Source: an uncultured delta proteobacterium (lineage in GTDB: Bacteria; Desulfobacterota; Binatia; Binatales; Binataceae). Taken from it: 64,000 nucleotides of DNA. Shown piece after piece: positions 36,333 to 49,231 of the stretch. The notes under the pieces are model-generated. The model saw only the letters and a list, made by a program, of their open reading frames with translations, was not told the DNA's origin and made no database searches. Position 1 is the first letter of the stretch, and the number at the start of each line of letters is the position of its first letter. The stretch is from NCBI GenBank assembly GCA_963842085.1, contig CAWJET010000001.1, positions 1,120,001-1,184,000 on the forward strand, written 5' to 3'. A program made the position numbers and the translations under genes.

Positions 36333-38126
36333 ATGACGCGCAATTTCCGAATATTTGCACACGCCTCGCTGCTGGCTGGAGTTTTCTTCGCCGTAACTTT
36401 GCTTGCGGCGCCGCCCGCTCACGCCATCAAGGCGGACGAACTCGTAAAAATCACCTCCGCCACGATCGATCCTCCGCTAAAAGCGGGCGGCGCCAGCACG
36501 CTCAAGGTCGCCGCCCAGGTGATCGAGGGATGGCATATCAATTCGGACAAGCCGCTCAGCGAGGATTACATCGCGACCAGGCTCGAGGTCAGCGGCCCGG
36601 CCGGCGTGACGGCTGGCGCAGTCAAGTATCCGCCGGCTGAGACGATGAAGCTCGACGCCGCGGCGGGCGGCGACAAGATTTCGGTGTTCGGCGGCAATCT
36701 CAAGTTTGAAGTGCCGCTGAAGGCAGCGGCCGACTTCGCGCCAAAGCCGGGCGACGCGCTGACGGTCAAGATCGATTACCAGGGCTGCAATAACACCGAA
36801 TGCTTGCGGCCTGCGTCCGTGAGTAAGACGGTCGCGCTGGCGGCTCCAGGAGCGGCGGCGGGCGCAATCGAGGGTATCGGTGGTGGAAGCGCGATCGGCG
36901 GCGGCGGTAATGGCAGCGGCGATGATTCCGGCGGCGCAATCGCGCGCATCTTCGCCAATCACGGATGGATCCTCGGCTTCCTCGCGGTATTTCTCGGCGG
37001 CCTCGCGCTGAATCTGACGCCGTGCGTCTATCCGCTGATCGGCGTGACGATCGCGTACTTCGGCAACCAGGGCGGCGGGCCTCGGCGCGTGATGTACCTG
37101 GCGATCCTGTTCGTGCTCGGCATCGCGCTGATGTTCTCGTCGGTGGGAGTCGCCGTCGCCCTGTCGGGCGGATTGTTCGGCGCTGCGTTGCAGAACCCGG
37201 TCGTGCTGGTCGTGCTGTCGATGATACTGCTGACGCTCGCCGCGTCGAGCTTCGGATTGTTCGTGCTGCAGCCGCCGAACTGGATGCTGCAGCGCGCGGG
37301 CACCGCTCATCCCGGATACGCGGGCGCGTTGCTGATGGGGCTGGGGATGGGCGTGGTCGCGGCGCCATGCATCGGGCCGATCGTGCTGGGCTTGCTGCTG
37401 ATGGTGGAGCGAAGCGGCAGCGCGCTTTTCGGCTTCGCGCTGTTCTTCACGCTGGCGCTGGGACTGGGCGTGCCGTACGTCGGGCTCGCGATGGCGGCCG
37501 GACATATTCGCCACCTGCCGCGGTCGGGCGAATGGCTCAGATGGGTCGAGCATCTTTTCGGGTTCGTGCTGGTGGGCCTGGCGCTTTACTTTCTCGATCC
37601 GGTCCTACCGAACAACCTGATGACGCGAATCATCCCGTACTACGCGGCCGGCGTGGGTATTTATCTCGGCTTCATTTCGCGCGAGGGCCGAAGCTGGCGT
37701 CCGTTCCTGGTGCTCAGATCGGCGATCGGAGTGGCCGCGGTGGCGGCGCTCGCGATCATGCTCTATCCGCGGCGGGCGCCGGAGAGGCTTCGCTTCGAGC
37801 CGTTCAACCCCCAGCTGCTGGCGTCGGCAGCCGAGGAGCGCAAGCCCGTGCTGATCGATTTCAGCGCCGACTGGTGCATCCCATGCCGCGAGATGGAGCA
37901 TTCGACTTTTGTCGATCCGTCAGTGGTCAGCGAGGCCAGGCGCTTCGTCCGAATGAAGGCGAACCTGACGGCGCAAGACAAGAAAACAGAAGAGCTTACC
38001 AGCAAGTTCGATATCCAAGGCGTCCCGACCACGATGCTGATAAATTCGGCGGGCAAGGTGGCGCAGCGCAAAGTCGGCTACATCGGGCCGCAAGAAATGC
38101 TGGCGGATCTAAGGCAGGTCGATTAA
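36333..38126 (+). CDS. dsbD: DsbD-type thiol:disulfide interchange protein
   Basis: GWHINS/YQGC....C N-domain, LTPCVYP and APCIGP TM Cys motifs, DFSADWCIPC thioredoxin. Confidence 0.9.
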   Translation: MTRNFRIFAHASLLAGVFFAVTLLAAPPAHAIKADELVKITSATIDPPLKAGGASTLKVAAQVIEGWHINSDKPLSEDYIATRLEVSGPAGVTAGAVKYPPAETMKLDAAAGGDKISVFGGNLKFEVPLKAAADFAPKPGDALTVKIDYQGCNNTECLRPASVSKTVALAAPGAAAGAIEGIGGGSAIGGGGNGSGDDSGGAIARIFANHGWILGFLAVFLGGLALNLTPCVYPLIGVTIAYFGNQGGGPRRVMYLAILFVLGIALMFSSVGVAVALSGGLFGAALQNPVVLVVLSMILLTLAASSFGLFVLQPPNWMLQRAGTAHPGYAGALLMGLGMGVVAAPCIGPIVLGLLLMVERSGSALFGFALFFTLALGLGVPYVGLAMAAGHIRHLPRSGEWLRWVEHLFGFVLVGLALYFLDPVLPNNLMTRIIPYYAAGVGIYLGFISREGRSWRPFLVLRSAIGVAAVAALAIMLYPRRAPERLRFEPFNPQLLASAAEERKPVLIDFSADWCIPCREMEHSTFVDPSVVSEARRFVRMKANLTAQDKKTEELTSKFDIQGVPTTMLINSAGKVAQRKVGYIGPQEMLADLRQVD

Positions 38127-38221
38127 GACGCGGGCCGCTCGCCCCGCATACGATTCTTGCGACGCGCTTCGCTTCACATTACCTGCGCGCTCTCGTACAT
38201 TCGCTTGTGTGAGGTTTAGCC

Positions 38222-38911
38222 ATGGCTGCGAATGATGGATTCGTGCGCGAGATTTTTGCGATGGTCAAGGAACGGCGCTCTTTCGGACGCCATCCGATTT
38301 GGCATCGAATCGCCGACGGCAAAGTCTCGCAGACCGGACTATGCAACTTCGCCACTCAGTTCTTCCTGCAGGTGCGTGAGTTCCCGCGTGCACTGAGCGC
38401 GCTGCATTCACGATGCTTCAACGCCGAGGAGCGCGTGAAGCTCGCGGAGAGCCTGTACGAAGAGGAGACCGGCAAGATTTCCGGCAGCGCACCGCATCCC
38501 GAATTGTTCATCCGGCTGGGACTCGGCCTCGGGCTGAGCCGCGACGACATGATCCATGGCAAGGCACTCCCTTCAACGGCGGCGTTGATCGACTGGTTCG
38601 AGCTCTCGACCAAGGATCGCTCGTTCGCAGAAGGAATCGGCGCAATCAACCTCGCGGCGGAGGGCCAGGTACCGGGTAACTTCGCGCCGTTCGCGCGCGC
38701 ACTCGAAAAGCATTACGGACTTTCGCGGGAGCAAGTCGCGTTTTTCGACGTACATGAAATCGCCGATCGCGATCACAGCGAGGTCGGTGACAACATTCTA
38801 AGTCACACGCCGATGAGCGAAGTCGAGCGCGCAAAAGTATGGGCGGCGGTCGAGCGCTCGCTCGAAATGTGGTGGCAATTCTTCGACGGAATTCAGCGCG
38901 TTTGCGAGTGA
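38222..38911 (+). CDS. PqqC/TenA/CADD-like (heme-oxygenase-like diiron) redox protein
   Basis: HP.W, LYEEE.G.....H.ELF, AEGQ, L..HYG, FF.VH..AD..H. Confidence 0.8.
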   Translation: MAANDGFVREIFAMVKERRSFGRHPIWHRIADGKVSQTGLCNFATQFFLQVREFPRALSALHSRCFNAEERVKLAESLYEEETGKISGSAPHPELFIRLGLGLGLSRDDMIHGKALPSTAALIDWFELSTKDRSFAEGIGAINLAAEGQVPGNFAPFARALEKHYGLSREQVAFFDVHEIADRDHSEVGDNILSHTPMSEVERAKVWAAVERSLEMWWQFFDGIQRVCE

Positions 38912-39121
38912 AATTTTGGGATGATTTTCGGCCGTTTGGAGAGTCATTCTGGGCTCATCCGATTTCGCAAAATGATGTTCTGTTACGGGCGCTGTGTGGT
39001 TTTGTTGAAAGCCTATAGCGGCGTAGCGTCTATAAGGCGGAAAATGCCCGCTTAACGGTTACTTTTCTGTCCACAGGCGTCAGATTCAAATAGCGTTTGG
39101 TCAGCCCATTCTTACGATTAG

Positions 39122-41623
<2,502 letters not shown>

Positions 41624-41664
41624 CGAGCCGCGCACGAGGTTGATGCGCGAGCCTGACGCATCGC

Positions 41665-41907
41665 ATGTCATCGAGGGAGTCCTTGCACGAAGAAATCCGC
41701 CTGATGGCGACCAACTGCGCCGTGTGCGAGCGCGACGCGCGTGACGCGGAGCTGCATCTCGGCGTGTCGCTGAACCTCGAAGGGATCGCGCACCCTGAAG
41801 ATTCGTTCGCGTACGATCTGCTGCCGCATCGCCGCGAATTCCATCGCGACAAACTGCTGCAAAAGATTCGCGACTGGGCGGTGCTTGAACAGGAATGCGG
41901 CCAGTGA
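41665..41907 (+). CDS. Small hypothetical protein with CxxC, between gyrB and gyrA
   Basis: 80 aa, host-like high-GC3 codon usage, CAVC motif; start uncertain. Confidence 0.55.
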   Translation: MSSRESLHEEIRLMATNCAVCERDARDAELHLGVSLNLEGIAHPEDSFAYDLLPHRREFHRDKLLQKIRDWAVLEQECGQ

Positions 41908-41955
41908 AAATTTCGAATGCACGATTGCCCGGAACTCGCGGGAGACCTGGATTAA

Positions 41956-44499
41956 ATGGCTGAGACCAACGGCAACGAACCGCATCGCAACGAACCCGCG
42001 CTGCTGAACATTGAAGACGACATGCGCCAGTCCTACCTGGACTACGCGATGTCGGTGAATATCGGGCGCGCGCTGCCGCAGATTCGCGACGGCCTCAAGC
42101 CCGTGCATCGCCGCATCCTGTACGCGATGTTCCGCACGGGACTGCTCTCGAACCGGCGCTACACCAAGTGCGCCGCGGTCGTGGGCGAGGTGCTCGCGCG
42201 TTACCATCCGCACGGTGACATGGCGGTGTACGATTCGCTGGTCCGCATGGCGCAGCCGTTCAGCCTCCGTTATTTGCTGATCGACGGCCAGGGCAATTTC
42301 GGCTCCGTCGACGGCGATCCGCCCGCCGCCTATCGATACACCGAGTGCCGCCTGACGCGGCTGGCCGAGCGGATGCTCGCCGACATCGACAAGGACACCG
42401 TCGATTTCGTCCCGAACTTCGACGGCTCGCACATGGAGCCGGACATCCTGCCCGCGCAATTCCCCAACCTGCTCGTCAACGGCTCCGACGGCATCGCGGT
42501 CGGCATGGCGACCAACATTCCGCCGCACAATCTCGGCGAGGTTTGCGACGCGCTGCTGGCGCTGATCAACAAGCCGGACATCACGCACGAGGAAATCCTC
42601 GACATAATACCCGGCCCCGATTTTCCCACCGGCGGGCAACTGCTCGGGCGCCAGGCAATTCGCCAGGCGTACCTGACCGGGCGCGGCACGCTGACGATGC
42701 GGGCTCTGGCAGCCATCGAAACCGACAAGCGCAGTTCGCGCGCGTCGATCATCATTCGCGAAATCCCCTACCAGGTGAACAAGGCGCGCATGATCGAGCG
42801 GATGGCCGAGCTGGTCAACGACAAGCGGATCGAGGGCATCAGCGACATCCGCGACGAGTCCGACCGCGACGGCATGCGCGTCGTCATCGAGCTCAAGCGC
42901 GACGCCGAGCCGCGCATCGTCCTCAACCAGCTCTACAAGCTCACCCAGATGCAGCAGGGCTACGGCATCATCCTGCTCGGCATCCACGAGGGCCGGCCCA
43001 AGGAGATGAATCTTCTGCAGATGCTCGCCGCGTTCCTCGAGCATCGCAAGATCGTCCTCACGCGGCGCACGCGCTTCGAGTTGAAAGAGGCCGAGGCGCG
43101 CCTCCACATCCTCGACGGTCTGCTGGTCGCGCTCAAGAATCTCGACGCGGTGATCAATCTGATCCGCAAGTCGAAGGACGCCGAGGCCGCGCGCTCCGGC
43201 TTGATGAAGCAATTCGGCCTGTCGCAGTTGCAGGCGCAGGCGATTCTCGATCTTACGCTTCGCCGTCTGACTTCGCTCGAGCGCGAGAAAATCGAAAACG
43301 AGCACAAGGAGACCGTCGCTCTTATCGCGCGCTACAAGAAAATTCTCGCCGACGAGAAAGAATTGTTGAAGCTGATCGCAGGCGAGCTCGACGAAATCAA
43401 GAAGGAATTCGCCGACCCGCGCCGCACCCAGATCATCGAAGCCGAGGGCGAGTTCTCGGTCGAAGATCTGATTGTTGAAGAAGATCAACTCGTCACCGTC
43501 ACGCACGGCGGCTACATCAAGCGCACCCCGCTCTCGCTCTATCGCACGCAAAAGCGCGGCGGCCGCGGCAAGATCGGCGCAACCACCACTGAAGAGGATT
43601 TCGTCGAGCATCTCGAGCGCGTCTCGACGCACGACCGCCTGATGTTCTTCACCAGCGCGGGCAAGGTTTACGAGCTCAAGGCCTACGAACTGCCCGAGGG
43701 CGGCCGCGCAGCCAAGGGACGCTCGATCGCCAACCTGCTGAGCCTCGCCAACGACGAGACGCTGTCGGCGTTTATTCCCGTGCCGCGCGAGACCGCGGGC
43801 AAGTTCGTCTTTTTCTCGACCCGCCGCGGCCGCGTGAAGAAGACTGCGCTCGACGAGTACGAAAATATTCGCTCGACCGGAATCATCGCGCTCAATCTCG
43901 AAGACGGCGATACGCTGGTCGATGTGCGAATCACCGACGGCAATCAGCAAATCGTGCTCTCGACCCGCGAGGGGCAGGCGATCCGCTTCAAGGAAGAAGA
44001 AGCGCGCGCGATGGGCCGCGCGACCGGCGGCGTCGTCGGCATGGAACTCGAGTCGCAGCCGGTCAAGGAAGGCAAGACCGTCGTCCTGGTCGAGGACGAA
44101 GTCGTCTCGATGTCCACCATGCGCGACGACGAAACCCTCCTCACCGTTTCGGAACTCGGCTATGGCAAACGCACGCCCGCCTCCGACTACCGGCTGACGC
44201 ATCGCGGCGGCAAGGGCGTCATCACGATGAACGTGACCGAGAAGACCGGCAAGGTGATCAGCGTCCGGCAGGTCGGCATCGACGACCAGGTGATGCTGAT
44301 CACCGACGGCGGCAAGGTGATTCGATTGGCCGTCAAGGGAGTGCGAATCACCGGCCGCAACGCGCAGGGCGTTCACCTTGTGCGGCTCGAGGGCGATGAA
44401 CGCGTCCGCGCGGTCGCCGGGATGGCGGAACGCGATGAGGACGAAGGCAACGGCAATGGCTCCAACGGCAACGGCGGCGCGGACGATTTGGAAGAATAG
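41956..44499 (+). CDS. gyrA: DNA gyrase subunit A
   Basis: [31 protein letters not shown] catalytic Tyr, GyrA-box QKRGGRG, beta-pinwheel repeats. Confidence 0.98.
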   Translation: MAETNGNEPHRNEPALLNIEDDMRQSYLDYAMSVNIGRALPQIRDGLKPVHRRILYAMFRTGLLSNRRYTKCAAVVGEVLARYHPHGDMAVYDSLVRMAQPFSLRYLLIDGQGNFGSVDGDPPAAYRYTECRLTRLAERMLADIDKDTVDFVPNFDGSHMEPDILPAQFPNLLVNGSDGIAVGMATNIPPHNLGEVCDALLALINKPDITHEEILDIIPGPDFPTGGQLLGRQAIRQAYLTGRGTLTMRALAAIETDKRSSRASIIIREIPYQVNKARMIERMAELVNDKRIEGISDIRDESDRDGMRVVIELKRDAEPRIVLNQLYKLTQMQQGYGIILLGIHEGRPKEMNLLQMLAAFLEHRKIVLTRRTRFELKEAEARLHILDGLLVALKNLDAVINLIRKSKDAEAARSGLMKQFGLSQLQAQAILDLTLRRLTSLEREKIENEHKETVALIARYKKILADEKELLKLIAGELDEIKKEFADPRRTQIIEAEGEFSVEDLIVEEDQLVTVTHGGYIKRTPLSLYRTQKRGGRGKIGATTTEEDFVEHLERVSTHDRLMFFTSAGKVYELKAYELPEGGRAAKGRSIANLLSLANDETLSAFIPVPRETAGKFVFFSTRRGRVKKTALDEYENIRSTGIIALNLEDGDTLVDVRITDGNQQIVLSTREGQAIRFKEEEARAMGRATGGVVGMELESQPVKEGKTVVLVEDEVVSMSTMRDDETLLTVSELGYGKRTPASDYRLTHRGGKGVITMNVTEKTGKVISVRQVGIDDQVMLITDGGKVIRLAVKGVRITGRNAQGVHLVRLEGDERVRAVAGMAERDEDEGNGNGSNGNGGADDLEE

Positions 44500-44505
44500 C
44501 TAATC

Positions 44506-44550
44506 GACTGACTATTATTCAATAGTCAGTGGTATATAGTCACTGACTAT
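44506..44550. terminator. AT-rich overlapping inverted repeats between convergent gyrA and GST
   Basis: ACTGACTATT-attc-AATAGTCAGT and ATAGTCAGTG..CACTGACTAT. Confidence 0.5.
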
Positions 44551-45158
44551 TATGCCTTCGCGCTCGGGCGCGAAGACACGCTACCGTACCATCGCGCCAG
44601 GTTTGCCTGTTCCGGCTGGATGCGGATATCAACCGACCGCGCGAAATCGATCATGCACAGCGTCGTGATGTCGGCGATTGAAAATTTGTCGCCGGCGATG
44701 AATTCGCGATCCGCAAGCTCCGCCTCGAGCCAGGCGATTCGATCATTCGCCGCGCGCTTCTGAATCTCGCCGAACTCCGCGATGCGGCGCCCGCGTCCCT
44801 TCGCGGCTTCGCTCAGATGCGACCAGACGTGGCCGACCGGTGCGAAGATGTCGAGTTCGATCCTTCGGTTCCACATCTCGACCAACGCCCTCTCGCGCGC
44901 GCCGACACCGAACAGCGGCGGCTCCGGCTGAATCTCCTCGAAGTAACGGCAGATCGCGACGCTCTCCGAAAGACAACTGCCGTCGTCCAGCTCGAGAATC
45001 GGCAGGGAGCCGAGCGGGTTCTTCTGGTAGAATTCCGGCGTGCGATTCGCATTGCGCATGATATCGACTTGCACCAGCTCGACGACGATCCCCTTCTCCG
45101 CGAGGAAGATCCTCACTCGCCGCGGGCTCGGCGCAAGCGTGAAATCGTACATCCTCAC
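44550..45158 (-). CDS. Glutathione S-transferase family protein
   Basis: APSPRRVRIFLAEK, NPLG.LP.LELDDG..LSES.AIC.Y, G..FSIADI. Confidence 0.92.
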   Translation of the reverse strand: MRMYDFTLAPSPRRVRIFLAEKGIVVELVQVDIMRNANRTPEFYQKNPLGSLPILELDDGSCLSESVAICRYFEEIQPEPPLFGVGARERALVEMWNRRIELDIFAPVGHVWSHLSEAAKGRGRRIAEFGEIQKRAANDRIAWLEAELADREFIAGDKFSIADITTLCMIDFARSVDIRIQPEQANLARWYGSVSSRPSAKA

Positions 45159-46375
45159 AATGCTTCGGCGGGCGGCTCACCCGCCCCTGTCCCCTCGGCA
45201 CTGTACGCATCGTCGGCAGCGGTCAGCGCCCTGCCCCGCGCAATTTCGAATCCCATCGAGCCGAGAATTTCCTCGAGCGCGTTCAGCGCCAGCATCACAT
45301 TTTCGCGCCGTGAACCTTCACCCATCAGGCCGACGCGCCAGATCTTTCCCTTCAGCGGTCCGAGCCCGGCCGCGATTTCGATATTGAACAGTCGCAGCAA
45401 TTCCGCCCGCACCTTCGCGTCGTCGATTCCCGCCGGCACCGCGATCGTCGTGAGCTGCGGCAAGCGGTATCCTTCCTGCGCCGCGAGCTGCAGACCCATC
45501 GCGCGCACTCCGGCCTGGAACGCCGCCGCGTTGATGCGATGCCGCCGCCATCGCGCTTCCAATCCTTCCTCGACGACTATCCGCAGCGCCTCGTAGAGCG
45601 CGTAGTTCATCGTGATCGGCGCCGTGTGATGGTACAGGCGGTCGGGGCCCCAGTACTGCTCGATCAACCCGACGTCGAAGTACCACGAGCGGCACTTCGT
45701 CTTGCGCTTGCGGATCGACTCCATCGCGCATTCGCTGAACGTCACCGGCGACAGCCCGGGCGGCGCGCCGAGTCCCTTCTGCGTGCAGCTGTAACACGCG
45801 TCGATGCCCCACTTGTCAATCTCGACCGGCACGCACGCGAGCGACGTTACCGCGTCGATCGCCATCATCGCGCCGTGTCGATGCGCCAGCTCGGCGATTT
45901 CCTCGAGCGGCTGATGTATTCCGGTCGAGGTCTCGGCGTGAACGACGGCGACCAGCTTCGGATTCTTCGCCGCCTTCAGCGCCGCCGCGACCTGCGCCGG
46001 CTCGACGATCGTTCCCCAATCGGCCTCGACCTTGTGAACCTTCGCACCTTGGCGCAACGCAACTTCCGCCAGCCGCGTGCCGAACACGCCGTTGACGCCC
46101 ACCACGACCTCGTCGCCGTCTTCGATCAGATTCGCCATCACGGTTTCCATCCCCGCCGAACCGGTGCCGGAGACGGGAAACGTGATTTCGTTTTTCGTGC
46201 GGAAGACAACGCGCAGCAGCTTCTTGATATTCTCCATCACCTTGAGGAAATCGGGATCGAGATGCCCCACGACCGGCGACGCCATCGCTTTCATCACGCG
46301 CGGATTGACGTTGGACGGCCCCGGGCCGAGCAGAATCCGCGCCGCCGGCCTGAGTTCTGGAAATGAATCCGCCAC
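45155..46375 (-). CDS. Alanine/serine--glyoxylate aminotransferase (class V PLP)
   Basis: LLGPGPS, SGTGSAGME, NGVFG.R, VHAETSTG, DAVTS, TQKGL..PPG, YHHT, RVGLMG; GTG start with GGAG RBS. Confidence 0.92.
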   Translation of the reverse strand: MADSFPELRPAARILLGPGPSNVNPRVMKAMASPVVGHLDPDFLKVMENIKKLLRVVFRTKNEITFPVSGTGSAGMETVMANLIEDGDEVVVGVNGVFGTRLAEVALRQGAKVHKVEADWGTIVEPAQVAAALKAAKNPKLVAVVHAETSTGIHQPLEEIAELAHRHGAMMAIDAVTSLACVPVEIDKWGIDACYSCTQKGLGAPPGLSPVTFSECAMESIRKRKTKCRSWYFDVGLIEQYWGPDRLYHHTAPITMNYALYEALRIVVEEGLEARWRRHRINAAAFQAGVRAMGLQLAAQEGYRLPQLTTIAVPAGIDDAKVRAELLRLFNIEIAAGLGPLKGKIWRVGLMGEGSRRENVMLALNALEEILGSMGFEIARGRALTAADDAYSAEGTGAGEPPAEAL

Positions 46376-46508
46376 CTTTGTTTCTCCTTCCATTCGATCG
46401 ACGGGATTGCTGAAATCGAACCTTGCTATTATGACCACGAAGGATCAACCGCAAAAGCATCGCTCGTGGTAGAGTGCTGCGGGGATTGAACGCGCCGTCG
46501 CAATACGA

Positions 46509-47942
46509 ATGAGTGCCATCGACCGCAAACTTCTCGACGAGCTTCGCGCAATTCTGGGCGACGGCGGTGTCGTCTCGCGCGCAACCGAACTGAAGGTTTA
46601 TGAGTGCGACGGATGGACCATCGAAAAAAGCGTCCCCGACGTGCTGCTGCTGCCGCGCTCGACTGCGCAGTTGAGTGCCATCCTCGCCGCGCTCCATCGC
46701 CGCGGTGTTGCTTTCGTTCCGCGCGGTGCGGGCACCGGCCTTTCCGGCGGATGCCTTCCGCTCAACGCGCCCGCGATGATTTGCACTTCGAAGATGAACC
46801 GGATCGTAGAAATCGATCTCGAAAATCGGCGGGTCGTGGCCGAGAGCGGCGTCGTCAACCTGCACGTTACCAACGCCGTCAAGTCGAAGGGATATTTCTA
46901 CGCGCCCGATCCGTCATCGCAAGTCGCGTGCACGATCGGCGGCAACATTGCCGAGAATTCCGGCGGTCCGCATACCCTGAAATACGGCGTGACCACCAAC
47001 CACGTGCTCGCGCTCGAGCTGGTGCTGCCCGACGGCGAGGTCGTCGAGCTCGGCGGACCGACAGAAGAGCAATGCGGTTACGACCTGGTCGGCGCGGTCG
47101 TCGGCGCGGAGGGCACTGTGGGAATCGTGACCCGCGCAACGCTCAAGCTGATGCGCGAGCCTGAGAATCATCGCACCCTTCTCGCCACCTTTCCCGACGC
47201 CGACACCGCGACGCGCGCCGTCTCGATGATCATCGCGTCGGGAATTGTGCCGGCAGCGCTCGAGATGATGGACCAGCTCATCATCCAAGCCGTCGAAGAA
47301 GCGTTCCATGTTGGGCTCCCTCTCGACGCGGGCGCCGTGCTCATTATCGAGCTCGAAGGTCTCGAGGCAGGGCTCACCGCCTATGCCGATGAAGTTGCCA
47401 AAACTGCGACCTTGGCCGGCGCGTCGAGCGTCCGGCTCGCGCGCGACGAAGATGAGCGCGCGCTGTTGTGGAAGGCGCGCAAACGCGCTTTCGGAGCCGT
47501 CGGCCGCCTCGCCCCGAACTACGCGACCCAGGACGGCGTCGTACCGCGAACCTGCCTGCCGCGGATTCTACGCGTGATCGCGGACGTCAGCCGCCGCTAC
47601 GACTTGCGCATCGGCAATGTGTTTCACGCCGGCGACGGCAATTTGCATCCGATCGTTCTCTACGACGAGCGCGAACCCGATCAGGTCCGCCGCGCAATCG
47701 ACGCCGGGCGCGAAATTCTCAAGGCCTGCATCGAGATGGGCGGCAGCCTCACCGGCGAGCATGGGATCGGCGTCGAGAAAATTGGCGAGATGCCGCTGAT
47801 GTTCTCGCCCGACGATCTTCGCGTCATGACCGAGTTGCGCCACGCGTTCGATCCATTCGAGCGATCAAATCCCGGCAAAGTGATCCCGCAACCCGGCGCA
47901 TGCGTCGAGGTTGCCGCGCCGCGCCGACAAGTACCGATCTAG
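46509..47942 (+). CDS. glcD: Glycolate oxidase FAD subunit
   Basis: YECDG, RGAGTGLSGG, YAPDPSS...CTIGGN..ENSGG, FHAGDGNLHP, TGEHG.G.EK, NPGK. Confidence 0.9.
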   Translation: MSAIDRKLLDELRAILGDGGVVSRATELKVYECDGWTIEKSVPDVLLLPRSTAQLSAILAALHRRGVAFVPRGAGTGLSGGCLPLNAPAMICTSKMNRIVEIDLENRRVVAESGVVNLHVTNAVKSKGYFYAPDPSSQVACTIGGNIAENSGGPHTLKYGVTTNHVLALELVLPDGEVVELGGPTEEQCGYDLVGAVVGAEGTVGIVTRATLKLMREPENHRTLLATFPDADTATRAVSMIIASGIVPAALEMMDQLIIQAVEEAFHVGLPLDAGAVLIIELEGLEAGLTAYADEVAKTATLAGASSVRLARDEDERALLWKARKRAFGAVGRLAPNYATQDGVVPRTCLPRILRVIADVSRRYDLRIGNVFHAGDGNLHPIVLYDEREPDQVRRAIDAGREILKACIEMGGSLTGEHGIGVEKIGEMPLMFSPDDLRVMTELRHAFDPFERSNPGKVIPQPGACVEVAAPRRQVPI

Positions 47943-47959
47943 CCGCCACAGCGAACATC

Positions 47960-49231
47960 GTGGCTGCCACTACATCCTCAAATCTGGCGAATCGGCTCGA
48001 GTCGATCGTCGGCGCCGGTCGTGTTCGCGGGCCAACCAATACTGAGGCGCGCGCCGCGGATACGATCGTCGAACCCGCTTCGGTCGAGGAAATTTGCGAG
48101 ATCGTCCGCATGTGCGAGGCGGACCGCATTACGCTGGCTCCTGTTGGCGCAGCACGCTCGCTCGCGGGGATTCGGCGCTCGCCCGTCGCGCTAGGCATCT
48201 CGATGGCGCGCCTCGCGCGAGTCGTCGCCCATGAACCCGACGACATGACGGTCGTCGCCGAGTCGGGAATCACGGTCGGCGAGCTGAATGCCGCGATGGC
48301 GTCCGCTCGGCAGCGGCTGCCCGTCGATCCGTGCAACCCCGGCATCACTACTCTCGGCTCGTTGATCTGTGCCGCGCATTCGGGACCGCTACGCCTCTCC
48401 GAGGGGACATCGCGCGACCTGCTGATCGGAGTTCGCTTCGTCGGTCACAGCGGCAAGCTGGTTCACAGCGGCGGTCGCGTGGTCAAAAACGTCGCCGGCT
48501 ATGATTTGATGAAGCTGATGGGCGGCTCGTTCGGTACACTTGGAATAGTAACTGAGGCGACGTTCAAGGTGCGCCCTATTCCATCTGACTACGGTCTCGC
48601 GATCGTTCCCTACCCGCGCGCAGCAGAGGCGTTCGCCGCCGCCAACATACTCAATGATGCACTCCCACTGAGTAATCTCGATATACTCAGTCCTGCCCTC
48701 GCAACGCGCTTCAATTCCGCCAGTGAGTTTCTGCTTCTGGCCGGTTTCTCTGGAAGTCCGCTCGAGATCGGCTACCAGGCCGAGCGCATTCGCGACTTGG
48801 TCGCCGCTCGCGGTGAAATCCTCGCCGGCGGTGCCGCGCTCAGGAGTTACGAGTCGTTGCGCGATGTGGATTTTCATTCGGCCTCGCTAGCCGCGCAAAT
48901 CGCGGTTCCATCCGCCTTTCTCGCACGGGCGCTGGAGACCTGCGGCAGCGAAATTGAATTCCGCGCGCACGCCGGCTCCGGCGTTGCTCAAATGATCCTC
49001 GCCGGCCAACCGTCAGCCGGCGCCGCGGCCACGAGCGTTGCGCGATGGCGTGAAGTTGCGCACTCGGCGCGCGGCACTCTTCGGCTGCTTGCCGCCGCGC
49101 CCGCAATTCGTGACTCGCTGGAATTCTTCGACACTCCCAACGATGGAGCGCTCGCGCTGATGCGTCGGATCAAGGCGGCTTTCGATCCGGCCGCGATCTT
49201 CAACCCCGGATGCTTCGTCGGAGGAATCTGA
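47960..49231 (+). CDS. glcE: Glycolate oxidase FAD-binding subunit
   Basis: HEPDDMTV, GG.VVKNVAGYDLMKL..GSFGTLG, K.AFDP..IFNPG. Confidence 0.88.
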   Translation: MAATTSSNLANRLESIVGAGRVRGPTNTEARAADTIVEPASVEEICEIVRMCEADRITLAPVGAARSLAGIRRSPVALGISMARLARVVAHEPDDMTVVAESGITVGELNAAMASARQRLPVDPCNPGITTLGSLICAAHSGPLRLSEGTSRDLLIGVRFVGHSGKLVHSGGRVVKNVAGYDLMKLMGGSFGTLGIVTEATFKVRPIPSDYGLAIVPYPRAAEAFAAANILNDALPLSNLDILSPALATRFNSASEFLLLAGFSGSPLEIGYQAERIRDLVAARGEILAGGAALRSYESLRDVDFHSASLAAQIAVPSAFLARALETCGSEIEFRAHAGSGVAQMILAGQPSAGAAATSVARWREVAHSARGTLRLLAAAPAIRDSLEFFDTPNDGALALMRRIKAAFDPAAIFNPGCFVGGI

